Below, piece after piece: positions 30,801 to 32,000 of a stretch of DNA of 32,000 nt. The DNA is from Bacillus subtilis subsp. subtilis str. 168 (GTDB lineage: Bacteria; Bacillota; Bacilli; Bacillales; Bacillaceae): positions 1,950,001-1,982,000 of the forward strand of contig NC_000964.3 in NCBI RefSeq assembly GCF_000009045.1. Reading direction: 5' to 3'. The translations under genes and the position numbers were made by a program. A model generated the notes under the pieces. It worked only from the letters and a program-made list of their open reading frames with translations. It was not told the DNA's origin and did not search any database. How positions within the stretch are numbered: the first letter of the stretch is position 1; each line of letters begins with the position of its first letter.

Positions 30801-32000
30801 ACTTCAAGCGTTTCGCCAGAAAAGTTTGGTGCGGAGCATCCCGGCTGTGTCAGCAAGAGCGATGCCCCGCTGTCTTTCAGCATGTAGCTCAGCCGCTCCT
30901 TTGGATACGCAGGATCAAGCGGCAAATACGCCCCTCCGGCCTTCAATACAGCAAGGACAGCGATCAGCATGTCAGGTGAGCGTTCAGACAGGACACCGAC
31001 GATACTTTCGTTTGTGACGCCGCGTGCCGCAAGGTGCGCAGCCAGCCGGCTGGCGTACATATCAAGCTCAGCGTATGTCAGCGAACCGCCTGAAAAGCGA
31101 ATGGCCAGCCGCTCCGGTGTGACTGCCGCCTGTCGTTCAAACAGCCCATGCAGGGTTGGGGCTTCAGGTGAAACAGATACTGTCCTGTTATTTTGAGAAA
31201 CGATTTTCCGTGTTTTGTCCTCATCTAGCAACGTCATCTTTGACACAGGAAGAGATGGATCAGAGATGACGTCAGAGACCATGTGCAGCAAATAATCTTT
31301 TATTTCGGACATCATGCTTGGTTGATAAGCGCTGGTCTGAAAATGAATCCGAACGTACAAGGTACGGCCTGGGATCACTTTGACACTGCAACTATAATTG
31401 GTCACCTCTTCCATCTCAAAATCTTTGACGGAGAAATCAAATGACCCCGCTTGATTCAGCTCTTCGATCTCTTGCTGGGTAGGTGTATTTTCAAAGACGA
31501 TAATATGATCGATCAACTCTTGCTTTAGAGCACTCTGCGCCTGAATATCATACAAGGGAAAGTAACTATAGGCTTCTGCCTCATTCATGTCCTTTTGCAT
31601 TCTCCTGACTAGGTCAGAAAAAGACAGAGAATCACTTTGGGCTCGAATAGGAATGGTATTGATAAAAAGCCCGACCATGTTTTCCACATCTTTTAGCTCA
31701 GAAGGTCTGCCTGATATAACTGAACCGAACACAGCATCGCTGCTGCGATTGACCTTTTGAAGCATAATCCCCCATAAAGCTTGGAAAACAGTGTTTAGTG
31801 TCGCACCAGAAGCTGCTGCGATTTTCTGTAATTCGGCGGTTTCTTTTTCGGGAATGGCAAACGTGATCTGCTGTAGTGTCCCATTCGGAATTTGATCTGT
31901 TCTTTTCGGCAGGGGTGTAGATTTTTCGAAATGCTGAAGCCTCTTTTTCCAGTACTCAGCTGCTTCTTCACGATCTTGCTGCATCAGCCATTTAATATAC
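24881..32000 (-). CDS. ppsC: Plipastatin/fengycin synthetase subunit C, partial (N-terminus beyond right edge): C-A(Glu)-T-C-A(Ala/Val)-T-E
   Basis: Frame open to the window edge; the ORF-track start at 31984 is an internal Met in the first condensation domain. Two adenylation domains, carriers GGHSLKA and GGDSIKA, C-terminal E domain ([38 protein letters not shown]). Confidence 0.95.
   Translation of the reverse strand, partial: [2372 protein letters not shown]
28394..30132 (-). repeat. Copy 2 (ppsC) of the same direct repeat covering 3' part of A5, carrier T5 and most of C6
   Basis: Same as copy 1; the duplicated antisense ORFs in the ORF track (18306..18530 / 29088..29312 and 18736..18942 / 29518..29724) reflect it. 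Confidence 0.9.

Noticed and set aside
10198-32000. Possible novel NRPS or a rearranged hybrid cluster
   Set aside because: Domain order, subunit sizes (3603 aa PpsD, 1279 aa PpsE) and adenylation codes all match the known plipastatin/fengycin synthetase.
1-32000. tRNA/rRNA genes, CRISPR arrays, transposases, phage or toxin-antitoxin modules
   Set aside because: None recognised by eye; no transposase, integrase or regularly spaced repeat signature, and the coding strand is almost fully occupied by the assigned genes.

Overview
All recognisable genes in this 32 kb window lie on the minus strand, and the region reads as a Bacillus subtilis-group chromosome. From right to left it contains: (1) the distal part of the plipastatin/fengycin NRPS operon, namely ppsC (partial at the right edge; modules Glu5 and Ala/Val6 plus epimerase), ppsD (3603 aa; modules Pro7, Gln8, Tyr9 plus epimerase) and ppsE (module Ile10 plus thioesterase); (2) yngL (DUF1360-type membrane protein) and yngK (secreted glycosyl-hydrolase-like protein), each followed by a terminator-like hairpin; (3) a short interval holding two apparently decayed or mis-started small genes, a GNAT-like N-terminus and a start-less membrane ORF; (4) the yngJ-yngI-yngHA-yngHB-yngG-yngF-yngE cluster (yngE partial at the left edge), a leucine/isovalerate-type acyl-CoA degradation pathway. 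Adenylation-domain codes read by eye match the known plipastatin order. I found no convincing new biological system. The best second-look items are a ~1.73 kb near-identical in-frame direct repeat shared by ppsC and ppsD, the fused gene remnants between yngJ and yngK, and a CcpA (cre)-like site upstream of yngI. No tRNA, rRNA, CRISPR array or mobile element was seen. All identity levels and domain borders are by-eye estimates.
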